Part shown: piece by piece, positions 1-9,922 of the stretch
How positions within the stretch are numbered: the stretch's first letter is position 1
Layout of the letters: each line of letters opens with the position of its first letter
IMG/VR virus record: IMGVR_UViG_3300025135_000005
Span: 1 to 63,406 of that record
Direction: 5' to 3' (one strand)
DNA from: a virus
Taxonomy: Duplodnaviria > Caudoviricetes
DNA: 63,406 bases
Position numbers and translations under genes: made by a program
The notes under the pieces: generated by a model
Told to the model about the DNA's origin: nothing
The model's input: the letters and a program-made list of their open reading frames with translations, nothing else
Databases searched by the model: none

Positions 1-1059
1 GCTTTAGGGCACTATCACGGTTTTAAAGCAATTTCAAAAAAAGCCTTTTTAACTGGAATTACAGGTCAGGATGGAAGTTACCTTGCTGAACTTCTTCTTG
101 AGAAGGGATATATTGTGCATGCGATTATTAGAAGAGCCAGCACATTCAACACAGAGAGAATTGACCACTTGATGGACCACCCAAGACTGCATCTTCATCA
201 CGGAGACATCACGGACCCAACAAACATCATGAGACTAATTTCTGAGGTTAAGCCAGATGAAATATATAATCTTGCAGCACAATCTCACGTTAAGGTGTCA
301 TTTGAGGTTCCACACTACACTGCTCAAACAGATGCACTTGGAACTCTTACTATTCTTGAGGCCATGCTTGCATATTGCCCGAAAGCCAAGTTCTATCAAG
401 CTTCTACTTCTGAGTTATATGGAGGAATGGAGTATAATAAGAACAGCGAAGGCTTCTATGATGAGGATTCACCATTCCACCCACGCAGTCCATATGGAGT
501 TGCAAAACTTTATGGTTTCTGGATTATTAAGAATTATCGTGAATCATACAATCTTTTTGCATGCAACGGGATATTATTCAATCATGAGAGCGAGAGAAGG
601 GGAAAGACTTTTGTTACCAAAAAAATCACAACCAACATGGTCCAAATAAAAAAAGGCAAGCGTGATGTGTTGAAAATGGGTAACTTAGATGCAGAGAGAG
701 ATTGGGGTCACGCCCAAGAGTATGTTGAGGGCATGTGGAGAATGCTCCAACAGGATACACCACAGGATTTTGTTCTTGCAACTGGAAAGACTTATAAGGT
801 CCGCACGTTTATCGAAATGGCTGCGAGGCATCTTGGCTGGGAAATTGAGTGGAGAGGTGAAGGAGTTGATGAGAAGGGTTATGATAAGGAATCTGGAAAA
901 CTTATTGTTGAGGTGGACCCAAAGTATTTTAGACCAGCTGAAGTTGATAGACTTATTGGAGACCCAAGTAAGGCTAAAAACGTTCTTGGATGGGAGGCGA
1001 AGGTTGACCTTGACGAACTTATTGAGAGAATGGTTAAGCATGATTTAGAACACGAATAA
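1..1059 (+). CDS. gmd: GDP-mannose 4,6-dehydratase (5' partial; reading frame open from position 1)
   Basis: Frame 1 from base 1 reads [37 protein letters not shown], which contains the Rossmann GITGQDG motif. Downstream are [25 protein letters not shown] (YxxxK), [14 protein letters not shown] and YFRPAEV, all typical of Gmd. The ORF-track start at 115 is internal. Confidence 0.95.
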   Translation, partial: ALGHYHGFKAISKKAFLTGITGQDGSYLAELLLEKGYIVHAIIRRASTFNTERIDHLMDHPRLHLHHGDITDPTNIMRLISEVKPDEIYNLAAQSHVKVSFEVPHYTAQTDALGTLTILEAMLAYCPKAKFYQASTSELYGGMEYNKNSEGFYDEDSPFHPRSPYGVAKLYGFWIIKNYRESYNLFACNGILFNHESERRGKTFVTKKITTNMVQIKKGKRDVLKMGNLDAERDWGHAQEYVEGMWRMLQQDTPQDFVLATGKTYKVRTFIEMAARHLGWEIEWRGEGVDEKGYDKESGKLIVEVDPKYFRPAEVDRLIGDPSKAKNVLGWEAKVDLDELIERMVKHDLEHE

Positions 1060-1144
1060 TTTTAAAGAATTAAAAAAATTTTTTTCTTTGAGTTTTTTTG
1101 CGTTAATTTGCACCAGAGAGAATATCTAATAGACAAAATTAACT

Positions 1145-2770
1145 ATGAAATTTGATGAACTAACTGAAGATGATATTCTTCATATCAGGGAAATATACTC
1201 TTCGAGAGATTTTTCTTGGGATGAAAGAATTATGGAGTTGATGAAATACCTTGGAAAGAGCGAGAGAACAACTCGAAAATGGCTTGTTAAACTTGGTATT
1301 AAACAGAAGGAGCAAGAGGAATCTCCTCAATTTAAAAGTGCTAAAAGTAGAAAGATTAGCAAAAAATCAAAAAGATTCATTATTACGTGGGCACAAAACA
1401 ACACTCCAGTCCATGAGGTCTTTTTGAGAAATATAGAAGGGTACGCCAAAGAAATTAATGCAGAAATAATTATCTTAGCTGGAAGATATAAAAATCCAAC
1501 TTCTGTATTTGAGGATGAAGCCCATGAATCATGGCACTCAAGAGTTGAACCATATCTTTATGCGAATCGACACAATCTACACAAACATCTTGTCCTTGTT
1601 GGGGATGTTAAAATTTCTCCAACAGCAGTCACGCCAATGACTGGAATGAGGGGGTTTAGCGGTTCTGAATCTTGTATTTTTGGACATCCAAAAATTCAAA
1701 TGGAGATGGTTCCAGTTCTTGAGGGGCAACCAGCAAAGATGATGTTAACTACTGGAGCCTGTACTGTTGCAAATTATACAGATTCTAAGGCTGGTAAAAA
1801 AGGAGAATTTCACCACATACTTGGCTTTGTTATTGTTGAGATTAAAGATAATCATAAGTTCTTCACAAGACAAGTAACTGCTACTGATGATGGAAATTTC
1901 TATGACTTATACTACAGAGTTCAATTTGAGGGTGGCGCTAAAAAGGTTAACTTAATTCCTGGGTTGACATTTGCCTCGAAAGAAATTGAAGGCAAATCAA
2001 GGGTTAAGAGAATCAAGGAAATTGATGCGGCTATTCTTGGTGACATTCACTTTGGAGAGCACGACCAAACTGTTATTGACAGCACACTAAACGTCTTGTT
2101 TAAAAATTTAAGGCCCAAGGAAGTTGTTCTTCATGACATATTTAATGGCCACTCAATAAGTCATCACGATAGAAAAGATGCCTTTGCTCAATACAGAAAA
2201 GAAATTGAGGGCAAGAATGATGTTGACAAGGAGATTAGAGAAATGATTGATGGCCTTAAGCCATTTTCTAAATATAGAACGATTATTGCCAGGAGTAATC
2301 ACGATGACTTTATTGATAGATGGCTTAGGGATGCAGATTGGAAAAGAGATGGTAGTATTAAAAATGCTCCAGCTTACATGAGATTCTCGGCCATGCTTCT
2401 TGAAGACAAGGCTCCTAAGGGAATTATTCCAACCATTGTAGAGAAAGAGTACCCAGAAATGATTACACTTGGTAGAAGTGATAGTTATAAAGTTCATGAC
2501 TGGGAAGTTGGTCAACATGGTGATATTGGAGCGAGCGGAAGCAGGGGCTCAATAAATCAGTTTAGAGGATTAAACTCTAAGATGATTATAGGTCACTCAC
2601 ATTCTCCAAGTCGTAAGGATGGCGTAATTCAAGTTGGAACATCAACCTTGTTGAGAGTTGGATATAACATCGGTCCAAGTGGCTGGCTTCAGACGCACGC
2701 AATTGTTCACGAAGATGGAAAGGCTCAGCATATCAATTTTATTGGCGGAGAATTTACAACATTTGAATAG
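1145..2770 (+). CDS. Metallophosphoesterase-domain protein with N-terminal HTH-like segment, T5 A1-like putative nuclease
   Basis: Calcineurin-like motifs GDIH, HDIFNG, SNHD, HGD and GHSH. RFIITWAQNNT and HGDxGxxGSRGS...GYNxGPSGW resemble phage A1-family proteins. 541 aa. Confidence 0.65.
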   Translation: MKFDELTEDDILHIREIYSSRDFSWDERIMELMKYLGKSERTTRKWLVKLGIKQKEQEESPQFKSAKSRKISKKSKRFIITWAQNNTPVHEVFLRNIEGYAKEINAEIIILAGRYKNPTSVFEDEAHESWHSRVEPYLYANRHNLHKHLVLVGDVKISPTAVTPMTGMRGFSGSESCIFGHPKIQMEMVPVLEGQPAKMMLTTGACTVANYTDSKAGKKGEFHHILGFVIVEIKDNHKFFTRQVTATDDGNFYDLYYRVQFEGGAKKVNLIPGLTFASKEIEGKSRVKRIKEIDAAILGDIHFGEHDQTVIDSTLNVLFKNLRPKEVVLHDIFNGHSISHHDRKDAFAQYRKEIEGKNDVDKEIREMIDGLKPFSKYRTIIARSNHDDFIDRWLRDADWKRDGSIKNAPAYMRFSAMLLEDKAPKGIIPTIVEKEYPEMITLGRSDSYKVHDWEVGQHGDIGASGSRGSINQFRGLNSKMIIGHSHSPSRKDGVIQVGTSTLLRVGYNIGPSGWLQTHAIVHEDGKAQHINFIGGEFTTFE

Positions 2771-2771
2771 T

Positions 2772-3005
2772 ATGGAAGATAAGGTGCAAGAAGTAAAATT
2801 AGCAGTTAGAATCAGTGGAGACTATGCTGCTTGGCATGAAATATCCCATAATATAATGTGGGATTATACGAATGACATCAAAACTGGACTATACAGCAAG
2901 GAAGAGGCTGAGGATGCGTTAGAAGAAGGGCATGACCAAGGGTATTCTGATTGTCAAATGATGGATGGCATACTTTATAAGGGAAAATACTATGTTAAAC
3001 TTTAA
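2772..3005 (+). CDS. Hypothetical protein (77 aa)
   Basis: ATG at 2772, one base after the upstream stop. The ORF-track start at 2658 overlaps the previous gene. Confidence 0.6.
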   Translation: MEDKVQEVKLAVRISGDYAAWHEISHNIMWDYTNDIKTGLYSKEEAEDALEEGHDQGYSDCQMMDGILYKGKYYVKL

Positions 3006-3016
3006 ATAGATTTATA

Positions 3017-3733
3017 ATGAAAACAATAGGAATTAGTATTGATGGTGTGATAAGAGATTTTTATGCCGAATTCGATAAGCAGTATCGAAAAGCGTTTATT
3101 CATAATCCAAGTCTGGTTGAGATGAATAAAGATATGACAGTTAAGGAAAATTCAGAAGAAGAATTAATTCTTCTTGATAAGAAAATTGAACTAAAGGAAA
3201 AAGAGTTAATCACTCTCCCTATGAATTCATACGACCTTGTTAACCACTACAAATTTGACAACACAGTTGGAATGGATGGGGAAACAATTCTCTCTCCACA
3301 AGAAGCTCTTGAAGAATTCATGTACCAAAAATTCCCATTCCAGATTTTTGGAAAAGGGGAAGAGTATAAGGGGGCAAGTGAAGCCTTCAACAGAATCCAA
3401 GCTTACGGACTTCAAAACAAATTGTATAAGACAGTTCTTCTTACAAGTATCGGTGGAGCAGCACTTCCAGCTACATGGCACTTCCTTGCAACACATAACT
3501 GCAGAATGAGAAGTTTTCAGTGTGTTGAGCAAGAACATGAGAAGTGGAGTCATTGCGATATTTTAATAGACTGTGTTCCAGAAATTCTACAAGATGTTCC
3601 AGATGGAAAAACAGCAATCAAAATCGAACACGCTTTTAATTCCTGGGATAAGGCTGACCACAGTTTTAAATTACTATCAGATATTAATCCCTCTTTCTTA
3701 GAAGATTTGTTGGTTGGAGAAAAAAAATCATAA
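3017..3733 (+). CDS. HAD-fold 5'(3')-deoxyribonucleotidase-like protein with degenerate catalytic motifs
   Basis: N-terminal IGISIDGVIRDF (canonical DxDGV) and C-terminal DILIDC...AIKIEHAFN (canonical DILIDD...xPYN). Confidence 0.6.
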   Translation: MKTIGISIDGVIRDFYAEFDKQYRKAFIHNPSLVEMNKDMTVKENSEEELILLDKKIELKEKELITLPMNSYDLVNHYKFDNTVGMDGETILSPQEALEEFMYQKFPFQIFGKGEEYKGASEAFNRIQAYGLQNKLYKTVLLTSIGGAALPATWHFLATHNCRMRSFQCVEQEHEKWSHCDILIDCVPEILQDVPDGKTAIKIEHAFNSWDKADHSFKLLSDINPSFLEDLLVGEKKS

Positions 3734-3796
3734 AAATTTTGTTTTATGATAATTTTTTTTTAATCTGTTATTTAGAGTTACACTTAAAATTTAATT

Positions 3797-4654
3797 ATGT
3801 CGATTAAGAAAAACAAAAAGTCTTCTAAGAAGACAACAACCACAGTTACAACAACCATTGTAACAACCACTACTACGGTAGATAAAAATCTTGATACCCA
3901 CTATCTTCTTGTTTTAGACAGAAGCGGGTCAATGTCCTCGTGCTGGAACTCAACAATCAGCGGATTAAATGAGCAGCTTGGAACTATCAGACACCTTGAG
4001 GAGAAATATCCAGAACAAAGATATTTTGTTTCTCTTGTGGTTTTTGATACAGAAATTGATACAATCATGGAAAATAAGCCTATTTCCGAAGTTAAAGATT
4101 TCGATGGGACCGAATTCTCACCAAGAGGCGCAACGGCTTTGCATGATGCAATTGGAGTTGGAATTTCAAATCTTAAATCTTACTTGAGCAAAAAAGATAA
4201 GAATAGCGACAGCATTTCAACAGCGCTTGTTGTTATTATGACAGATGGTGAAGAAAATTCATCAAGAGAACATAACGCAACATCAATTAAAGAAATTATT
4301 GGTGAGCTTGAGAAAGGTGGAGCATGGACTTTTAGTTATATGGGAGCAAATCAAGATGCTGTATTAACTGCAAGTAGATTTGGAATTTCAGCAGGTAATT
4401 CAATTAACTACTCATCTACTTCAGCTGGGGCAGCAGCCGCTTCCAATGCCCTTTCAAGGGGTATTATGGGAAGAGCTAAGATGAGTAATGCTTCATATAC
4501 AGCATCTGCATCTTTAGGTGATGTAACACTTGAGTCAATGACTTTAAATGATATGACCAATACAGCATTTTTCTCATCAGTAGTTGAAGGGGATACAATC
4601 GGTGAAGACCTTTCTAATGTGAAGGAGGTTGAGATTGATGAAGAAAAAGCTTAA
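3797..4654 (+). CDS. von Willebrand factor A domain protein
   Basis: MIDAS motif LVLDRSGSM, GATALHDA, VIMTDGEENSS and W-x-F-x-Y-M-G-A-N. Lys-rich then Thr-rich N-terminus. Confidence 0.85.
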   Translation: MSIKKNKKSSKKTTTTVTTTIVTTTTTVDKNLDTHYLLVLDRSGSMSSCWNSTISGLNEQLGTIRHLEEKYPEQRYFVSLVVFDTEIDTIMENKPISEVKDFDGTEFSPRGATALHDAIGVGISNLKSYLSKKDKNSDSISTALVVIMTDGEENSSREHNATSIKEIIGELEKGGAWTFSYMGANQDAVLTASRFGISAGNSINYSSTSAGAAAASNALSRGIMGRAKMSNASYTASASLGDVTLESMTLNDMTNTAFFSSVVEGDTIGEDLSNVKEVEIDEEKA

Positions 4655-4712
4655 TAGTAGCAATACGAAAAAGATTAGTACAACTATTTAGCCGCTACTT
4701 TTATAAATTTAG

Positions 4713-4748
4713 AAAGACCAGGAAATTAATTTCCTGGTCTTTTTTTTT
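4713..4748 (+). terminator. Intrinsic terminator (30-bp perfect palindrome plus T-tract)
   Basis: aaagaccaggaaatt|aatttcctggtcttt followed by a T run, downstream of the vWA gene. Confidence 0.8.
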
Positions 4749-4825
4749 AAAAACTATTTATTTTCTTTATGGAGCTTTATATATTTATTTCAATACGATA
4801 AAACACTTTAAATAAATAAATTTTC

Positions 4826-6019
4826 ATGGAAAAGAATGCTGAAGTACAAGAAGAGGTGAAACAGCCTAATCAAAATGACATTATCGACAACGCTATCGGT
4901 AAGCTCAGAGACAACACTTTCAAAACATATTTCTATTGTCCACCAATGAATAGCCCAAGCGGGGGAATTGGTGTCCTTCTTAGAGCGGCTAAGAATCTTA
5001 GTGATAATGGTTTTGATGTAACACTTGTTTATGAACCAAGACAAGACCAAAGAGCTTCATACGAAGCTTCAACAAAAGCAAAGAAGCAAGTAGATATTTT
5101 TGAAAGATTTAATCCTATTTGGGTTGACTTTGACATCTCTAACATTAAAATAATGCCCCTTGGAGATAAAGAAATAACATTTAACGATGGAACCACACAG
5201 GCTTGTATTCCTCTTAGTGTTAATCCTGAAGATTTCTTAATCATCCCAGAAGGTTTCCCAGATGTGATGAAGAAGACAATGCAAGTTTCTTGTAAGAGAA
5301 TTATCTTCGCACAAAGCTGGTTCTATGTATTGAATGCAATGCAGCCAGGAGAGAAGTGGCAACACTTCGGAATCAGAGATGTAATCTCAGCTTCTGACGC
5401 AATTACTGAATACTTAGTATCAGTTATGCCTGGTCTTTATGTTAAAAATTTTAAGCAAGGAATCAATAGAGACATTTTCAAAGTTCCAGCAAAAGTATCT
5501 GACAAACTTCCTATGGTCGCATTCAGCGCATCAAGAGGTCCAGAAAATAAACTTAAGACCTACAACATCATCAAGACATTCTACGCATTTTATCCACACC
5601 TTAAGTGGGTTAGGTTCCAGGAGCTTGAAGGAATGGATAGAGAGCAATTTGCAGAAAGACTTTCTTCTTGCGCATTTTATTTATACACCGATGACATTGC
5701 AGGATTTGGTACAGCTCCACTTGAGGCTATGGCCTGTGGAACTCACACAATTGGCTGGGCTTCATTTGGAGGTAAAGAATATATGACCAACGAAAACGGT
5801 TTCTGGTGCAACAATGGAGATATATTCCAGACTGCAGAAATTCTTGGGCTTGCTATTGATAAGTGGCTTAACGGTGATATGGATAATGAAACCATCCAAG
5901 AAAAATATGAAGAAACTCTTAGTAAGTATACTGTTGAGGGAGAAAAAGAAAACATAATCAAACTTTTAAATGAATATAAAGATGAAAGAATCAAAGAACT
6001 TGAAAGCTTCAAGCAATAA
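4826..6019 (+). CDS. Glycosyltransferase, GT-B fold (GT4-like)
   Basis: N-terminal PSGG motif, IIPE, and C-terminal GFGTAPLEAMACG donor-binding motif. Confidence 0.85.
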   Translation: MEKNAEVQEEVKQPNQNDIIDNAIGKLRDNTFKTYFYCPPMNSPSGGIGVLLRAAKNLSDNGFDVTLVYEPRQDQRASYEASTKAKKQVDIFERFNPIWVDFDISNIKIMPLGDKEITFNDGTTQACIPLSVNPEDFLIIPEGFPDVMKKTMQVSCKRIIFAQSWFYVLNAMQPGEKWQHFGIRDVISASDAITEYLVSVMPGLYVKNFKQGINRDIFKVPAKVSDKLPMVAFSASRGPENKLKTYNIIKTFYAFYPHLKWVRFQELEGMDREQFAERLSSCAFYLYTDDIAGFGTAPLEAMACGTHTIGWASFGGKEYMTNENGFWCNNGDIFQTAEILGLAIDKWLNGDMDNETIQEKYEETLSKYTVEGEKENIIKLLNEYKDERIKELESFKQ

Positions 6020-6926
6020 TATCCTTGTAGGATTATACCTTGATAAGATTAAGCACGAAGGTCAATTGGCAGAATGCCTTTTTGGTCTTGCTAATCAAAC
6101 ACATCCAGTTGATGTTGTTATTTTAGATGCTGGCCTATCAGACAAAGAGGTCGAGGCTTTGATGAAGATAGCTAAGGCACCATCTATCAAAATGATAAAG
6201 ACAAACGAGGATGGAACAGTGAAGGAGGAAATAATTGATGCTAAAAATGGTGTTGATGTAAATATCATTAAAACTGATGTTAGCAATTTCTCAAAAGTTT
6301 TCAATAGTCTTTTTAATATTGCACTTGAGGGTGGATATGAAGCTTTATCTATCGTTGAGGTTGATGATGCAGTTGGTGCCAATTGGTATAAGATTGCAAA
6401 TGTGTACATGGAAGAGAACGAAGAAGTTGGTTTTTTCTTGCCTATGATTAGAAACTTCCAAAACGGAGCTCTCACAGGACTTATGAATGAAGCTGCTTGG
6501 GCAGAGGGTATTTCTGAGGAACCAGGTAAATTCGATATGAATTTATTGCTAAGATTCAATTGCGCAAATCCACTTGGTGGAGTTTTTAGAGTTAGCAGCC
6601 TGAAAGAATATAGCGAAGATAAGGATGGTAGATTGTGTCCAATGAAAGAAAGCATTAAGATAAGTCATTACTATGAATTCTTCTTGAGAATGATATATAA
6701 TGACATTAAAATGATGACAATTCCACGAGTTGGATACGATTTCAGAGTAAACAATGTGCAAGAATTTAGTCACTCATCTTCTAAGGTTCCTAACAACCTT
6801 GTAACCCTTCCAGAGGAAAAAGGAGGTATGAGCGCTCAAGAAACTTCTTTCTGGGTTGAACTTGCCAAGAAAGAATACTTTTTTGAAGAAGATAGAAATA
6901 AGGTATATGAGCAGCAACCACAATAA
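5970..6926 (+). CDS. Glycosyltransferase, GT-A fold (GT2-like)
   Basis: ECLFGLANQT..DVVILD N-terminus, EVDD (DxD-like) motif, YEFFLRM..IPRVGY. Translationally coupled to the GT4 gene. Confidence 0.7.
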   Translation: MNIKMKESKNLKASSNNILVGLYLDKIKHEGQLAECLFGLANQTHPVDVVILDAGLSDKEVEALMKIAKAPSIKMIKTNEDGTVKEEIIDAKNGVDVNIIKTDVSNFSKVFNSLFNIALEGGYEALSIVEVDDAVGANWYKIANVYMEENEEVGFFLPMIRNFQNGALTGLMNEAAWAEGISEEPGKFDMNLLLRFNCANPLGGVFRVSSLKEYSEDKDGRLCPMKESIKISHYYEFFLRMIYNDIKMMTIPRVGYDFRVNNVQEFSHSSSKVPNNLVTLPEEKGGMSAQETSFWVELAKKEYFFEEDRNKVYEQQPQ

Positions 6927-7812
6927 AAAGAATAAGGTAGCTAAGAGTAAAGAATATTGGACATCAGAGACCGAAGAGGCGGTCAAAGAATATTTAAAAA
7001 ACGACTTTAATTTTTATCAGTATAAAATTGATAGACACATTGAAGAAGTTGGAAAAAGTATCGAGAAGAATAGAGCCAATCCAAGGTTTAAAGTTATTGA
7101 CTTGGATGAAGATTTTATTCTTATAAATCAATCTATGGTAGACTATACCAGTAGACCAGCGATTATAAGAAAAAAAGAAGAAATCTTTAGAGGGTATATT
7201 CACAAGCCACTTACAAGGTTAGTTGAGAACATAATATTCAGCTTTAAGTTGTTTAGACAGGGTGTAGACGTTAAAACGCTGCACAACGACTGCATGTCTC
7301 ATGTTATCGAGAAATTTTGCAACTTTGACCCTGACCAGAACACTAAGTCTTTCTCATTCTACGGAACAGTAGCTAAGCACTACCTTCAAAATAAAAAAAA
7401 GGAAGTAGATAAAAGCACCAAGGTGATTCTTCCCTATGAAATTCATAGCGAAGAAGCCGATGAGCTATCTGCCTATGAGCTTGATGATGAGTCTGACCTT
7501 AATAGCTCACTCGCCCTCTTTAATCATATAACCAATCTTTTTGAGAGTGAAATAGATAGGGTAGACATTTCTAAGAATGATGCAAAAGTAGCAGAGGCAA
7601 TTGTTGATATATTTAAAAATCATGAGCTGATAGGTGTATACTCCAAGAGTTCTGTTTATAAATTAATCAAGGAGCACACCAACCTTGAAACAAAAGATAT
7701 TACATACTCGCTACATAGATTTAAAATCTTATACAAGCTTAAGAAGCAGGATTTTGTTGAAAAACACAAAGATAAGTATTACGGTTATGATGATGACGCA
7801 TTCCCTTATTAG
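6907..7812 (+). CDS. Phage RNA polymerase sigma-factor-like protein (gp55-like late sigma candidate)
   Basis: EKFCNFDPDQNTKSFSFYGTVAKHYL resembles sigma region 2 (FDP..x.AFxYF). YWTSETEEAV N-terminus and helical C-terminus. ATG at 6907 preferred over 6856. Confidence 0.6.
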   Translation: MSSNHNKKNKVAKSKEYWTSETEEAVKEYLKNDFNFYQYKIDRHIEEVGKSIEKNRANPRFKVIDLDEDFILINQSMVDYTSRPAIIRKKEEIFRGYIHKPLTRLVENIIFSFKLFRQGVDVKTLHNDCMSHVIEKFCNFDPDQNTKSFSFYGTVAKHYLQNKKKEVDKSTKVILPYEIHSEEADELSAYELDDESDLNSSLALFNHITNLFESEIDRVDISKNDAKVAEAIVDIFKNHELIGVYSKSSVYKLIKEHTNLETKDITYSLHRFKILYKLKKQDFVEKHKDKYYGYDDDAFPY

Positions 7813-7815
7813 GTT

Positions 7816-8184
7816 ATGAAAAAGGAGTTGAAGAAAGAAATATTTTTATTAATACTTGAATCTATATTTGGAGATAAAACCAGGGAGATTGATAAGAAAA
7901 ATTGCATTTCTTTTTATCACTTTCTGGTAAATACTCTCTTAGATGAAATACAAGAAATTCCTCCTCACGAAGAAGAAGATATATACCTATGCAGCTCCAT
8001 CATTGAGCTATTGTGTAATTTTGACATAATGGGAGATGGTCTTGAGGATTGGGAGGGTGATATGACAATAGATTTCTTGAGAGACTTTTCTGGTCTCAGC
8101 GATACTGAATTCGACAGTACAATTATTAAATTCAGAAAAATTTACATACTCATAAAAGACGACTTCCTACTTGATTTAATGTAG
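7816..8184 (+). CDS. Hypothetical protein
   Basis: 122-aa ORF tightly packed in the operon. Confidence 0.6.
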   Translation: MKKELKKEIFLLILESIFGDKTREIDKKNCISFYHFLVNTLLDEIQEIPPHEEEDIYLCSSIIELLCNFDIMGDGLEDWEGDMTIDFLRDFSGLSDTEFDSTIIKFRKIYILIKDDFLLDLM

Positions 8185-8199
8185 TTTTTTTCTGAAATC

Positions 8200-8207
8200 T
8201 ATTTATA
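8200..8207 (+). promoter_or_regulatory. Putative late promoter TATTTATA
   Basis: Ends 18 nt before ATG 8226. The same octamer precedes many structural genes. Confidence 0.65.
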
Positions 8208-8225
8208 AGAACAAAAACTATTAAA

Positions 8226-8633
8226 ATGGAAAATAATACAAATAATAGCTCTGGAAGTAATTCTTCTGGAAAGAGGATGGACCCAACAAGGGAGTTGTAT
8301 GAAAAACTCATGTCCGAAGTTTATAAATATAAGCTTGAGGAGAGAGAGATGGCCCTTGATAGATACAGAAGGGCTGATGCTCAGATGGATTCAGCAGAGA
8401 GTTTTATATTAATGGGTAAGAATGCAATCGACTTTCTTAAGCAGGCGGCAAATGCTTCTGATGGTATTGAGAAGCTTGCAAAAGAAATTAAGAGCATTGT
8501 GTATAAGGAAGACTCATCATCAAATGTTGAGGTTAACTTTAACGATGCGACAAAGCGTGCGCTTATTGATGCTATTAAAGAAGAGGAGGATATGAACAAC
8601 GCCCTTCCAGATGAAGATTTAGAAGATAAGTAA
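8226..8633 (+). CDS. Hypothetical coiled-coil protein
   Basis: 135-aa helical ORF with an acidic tail, first gene after a late-promoter motif. Confidence 0.65.
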   Translation: MENNTNNSSGSNSSGKRMDPTRELYEKLMSEVYKYKLEEREMALDRYRRADAQMDSAESFILMGKNAIDFLKQAANASDGIEKLAKEIKSIVYKEDSSSNVEVNFNDATKRALIDAIKEEEDMNNALPDEDLEDK

Positions 8634-8635
8634 CA

Positions 8636-9919
8636 ATGGCACTAAAAATTCCAGTATCATCTCCGCTTACTGAAGCTCAGTCTGAATTGACCTCAAAAAT
8701 AGGCTCAATGAAGAGTCTATTGTCTCTACCGATTGAAACAAATTTAAACATTCCTAAGTCACAGCAAATTTCTACATTTGACTATTTACTCAAGGTAATG
8801 AGGGCTCTTGGGATTGAACCCGAACTAATATTCAATTTATTTTTAGATAAAGTATTTAGTGAAACTGGAACATTCTTGGATGAAAAGGTAATTACCGCTG
8901 TAGCTGATTCAATTGGTCAAAAGGGACGACAATTACCAAACGTAAATAATCCAGCCGCAACTCAAGCTCAAAAAGATGCTTATAAAATCATCAATAGAGA
9001 CTATTTATTAAATCTGGTACCAACGACATTTCTTCAAGTGTACAAGCAGCAGATGGCAAAGAATCTTACCTTGATGGTTTTTGGTCCCAAGAATGGAGGA
9101 GCAGCTAATTTTCTTAACTCTAACGCCTCAGAGAGAGATAGACTTTTTGAGGAAGCTATATGCGGAGTTAGTCTGTTCAGTTTATCAAGTGACCCAATTG
9201 TCCTGCAAGAAGATGTAGAATTCAATAGAGTGGCACTTAGGAAGCAACTTGAGAAGGGTGAGGTAATTTTCGAAGTTAGTTGTCAGGATGTCAAGGTTTT
9301 ATTGCCAGCAAATCCAGCCTATATTTTTGAGGGTGGTGGGCAATTCACATCAAGCTCTACACTTCCTCCGACCCCAGCTCAAAGTCTTAATACACTGGTT
9401 CAACATGTAAAGAACCAGGGGCAAAGAATTAATAATGAGCAAAACTCAAATTCTATTGGAAAAAGTTTCTTTGAAATATTGATAGTAAAACTTTTGAATT
9501 ACATTTCATCTCTTGTGTTTCCATTTCTTGGACCTATATTTACTGCGATTTCATCTGACTCAGCTGCCGCAGGATTGGGGCCCTCAAATGTTGCTTATAG
9601 CAATTGCGATATAATGAATTCTACGCAAGACCCAAAAGAGAAGCAAGAGTTTTTTAGAAGTCTTGCAAATGCTCTTCTAAAGGAGCTGTTGAGAATGCTT
9701 CTTGTTTTTGTAATCAAAGAATTTAAGAGATTAGTTGCAAATTATTTTACGAGAACAGCTATTGAGAAACAAAAGAGAAGGTCAGAAAAAGTAAAACAAA
9801 AATTTGCAATATTTGATAAAATTGGGGGAGCTGCAGAGCTCGCCAGTAAAGCTAAAAAATACGCAGCAGCTGTTGCAACACTTGCTGCTATACTTGGAAC
9901 TATATCAACAAATCAATAA
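8636..9919 (+). CDS. Putative virion structural protein
   Basis: 427-aa ORF in a late operon upstream of the baseplate spike gene. No catalytic motif seen. Confidence 0.5.
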   Translation: MALKIPVSSPLTEAQSELTSKIGSMKSLLSLPIETNLNIPKSQQISTFDYLLKVMRALGIEPELIFNLFLDKVFSETGTFLDEKVITAVADSIGQKGRQLPNVNNPAATQAQKDAYKIINRDYLLNLVPTTFLQVYKQQMAKNLTLMVFGPKNGGAANFLNSNASERDRLFEEAICGVSLFSLSSDPIVLQEDVEFNRVALRKQLEKGEVIFEVSCQDVKVLLPANPAYIFEGGGQFTSSSTLPPTPAQSLNTLVQHVKNQGQRINNEQNSNSIGKSFFEILIVKLLNYISSLVFPFLGPIFTAISSDSAAAGLGPSNVAYSNCDIMNSTQDPKEKQEFFRSLANALLKELLRMLLVFVIKEFKRLVANYFTRTAIEKQKRRSEKVKQKFAIFDKIGGAAELASKAKKYAAAVATLAAILGTISTNQ

Positions 9920-9922
9920 ATT

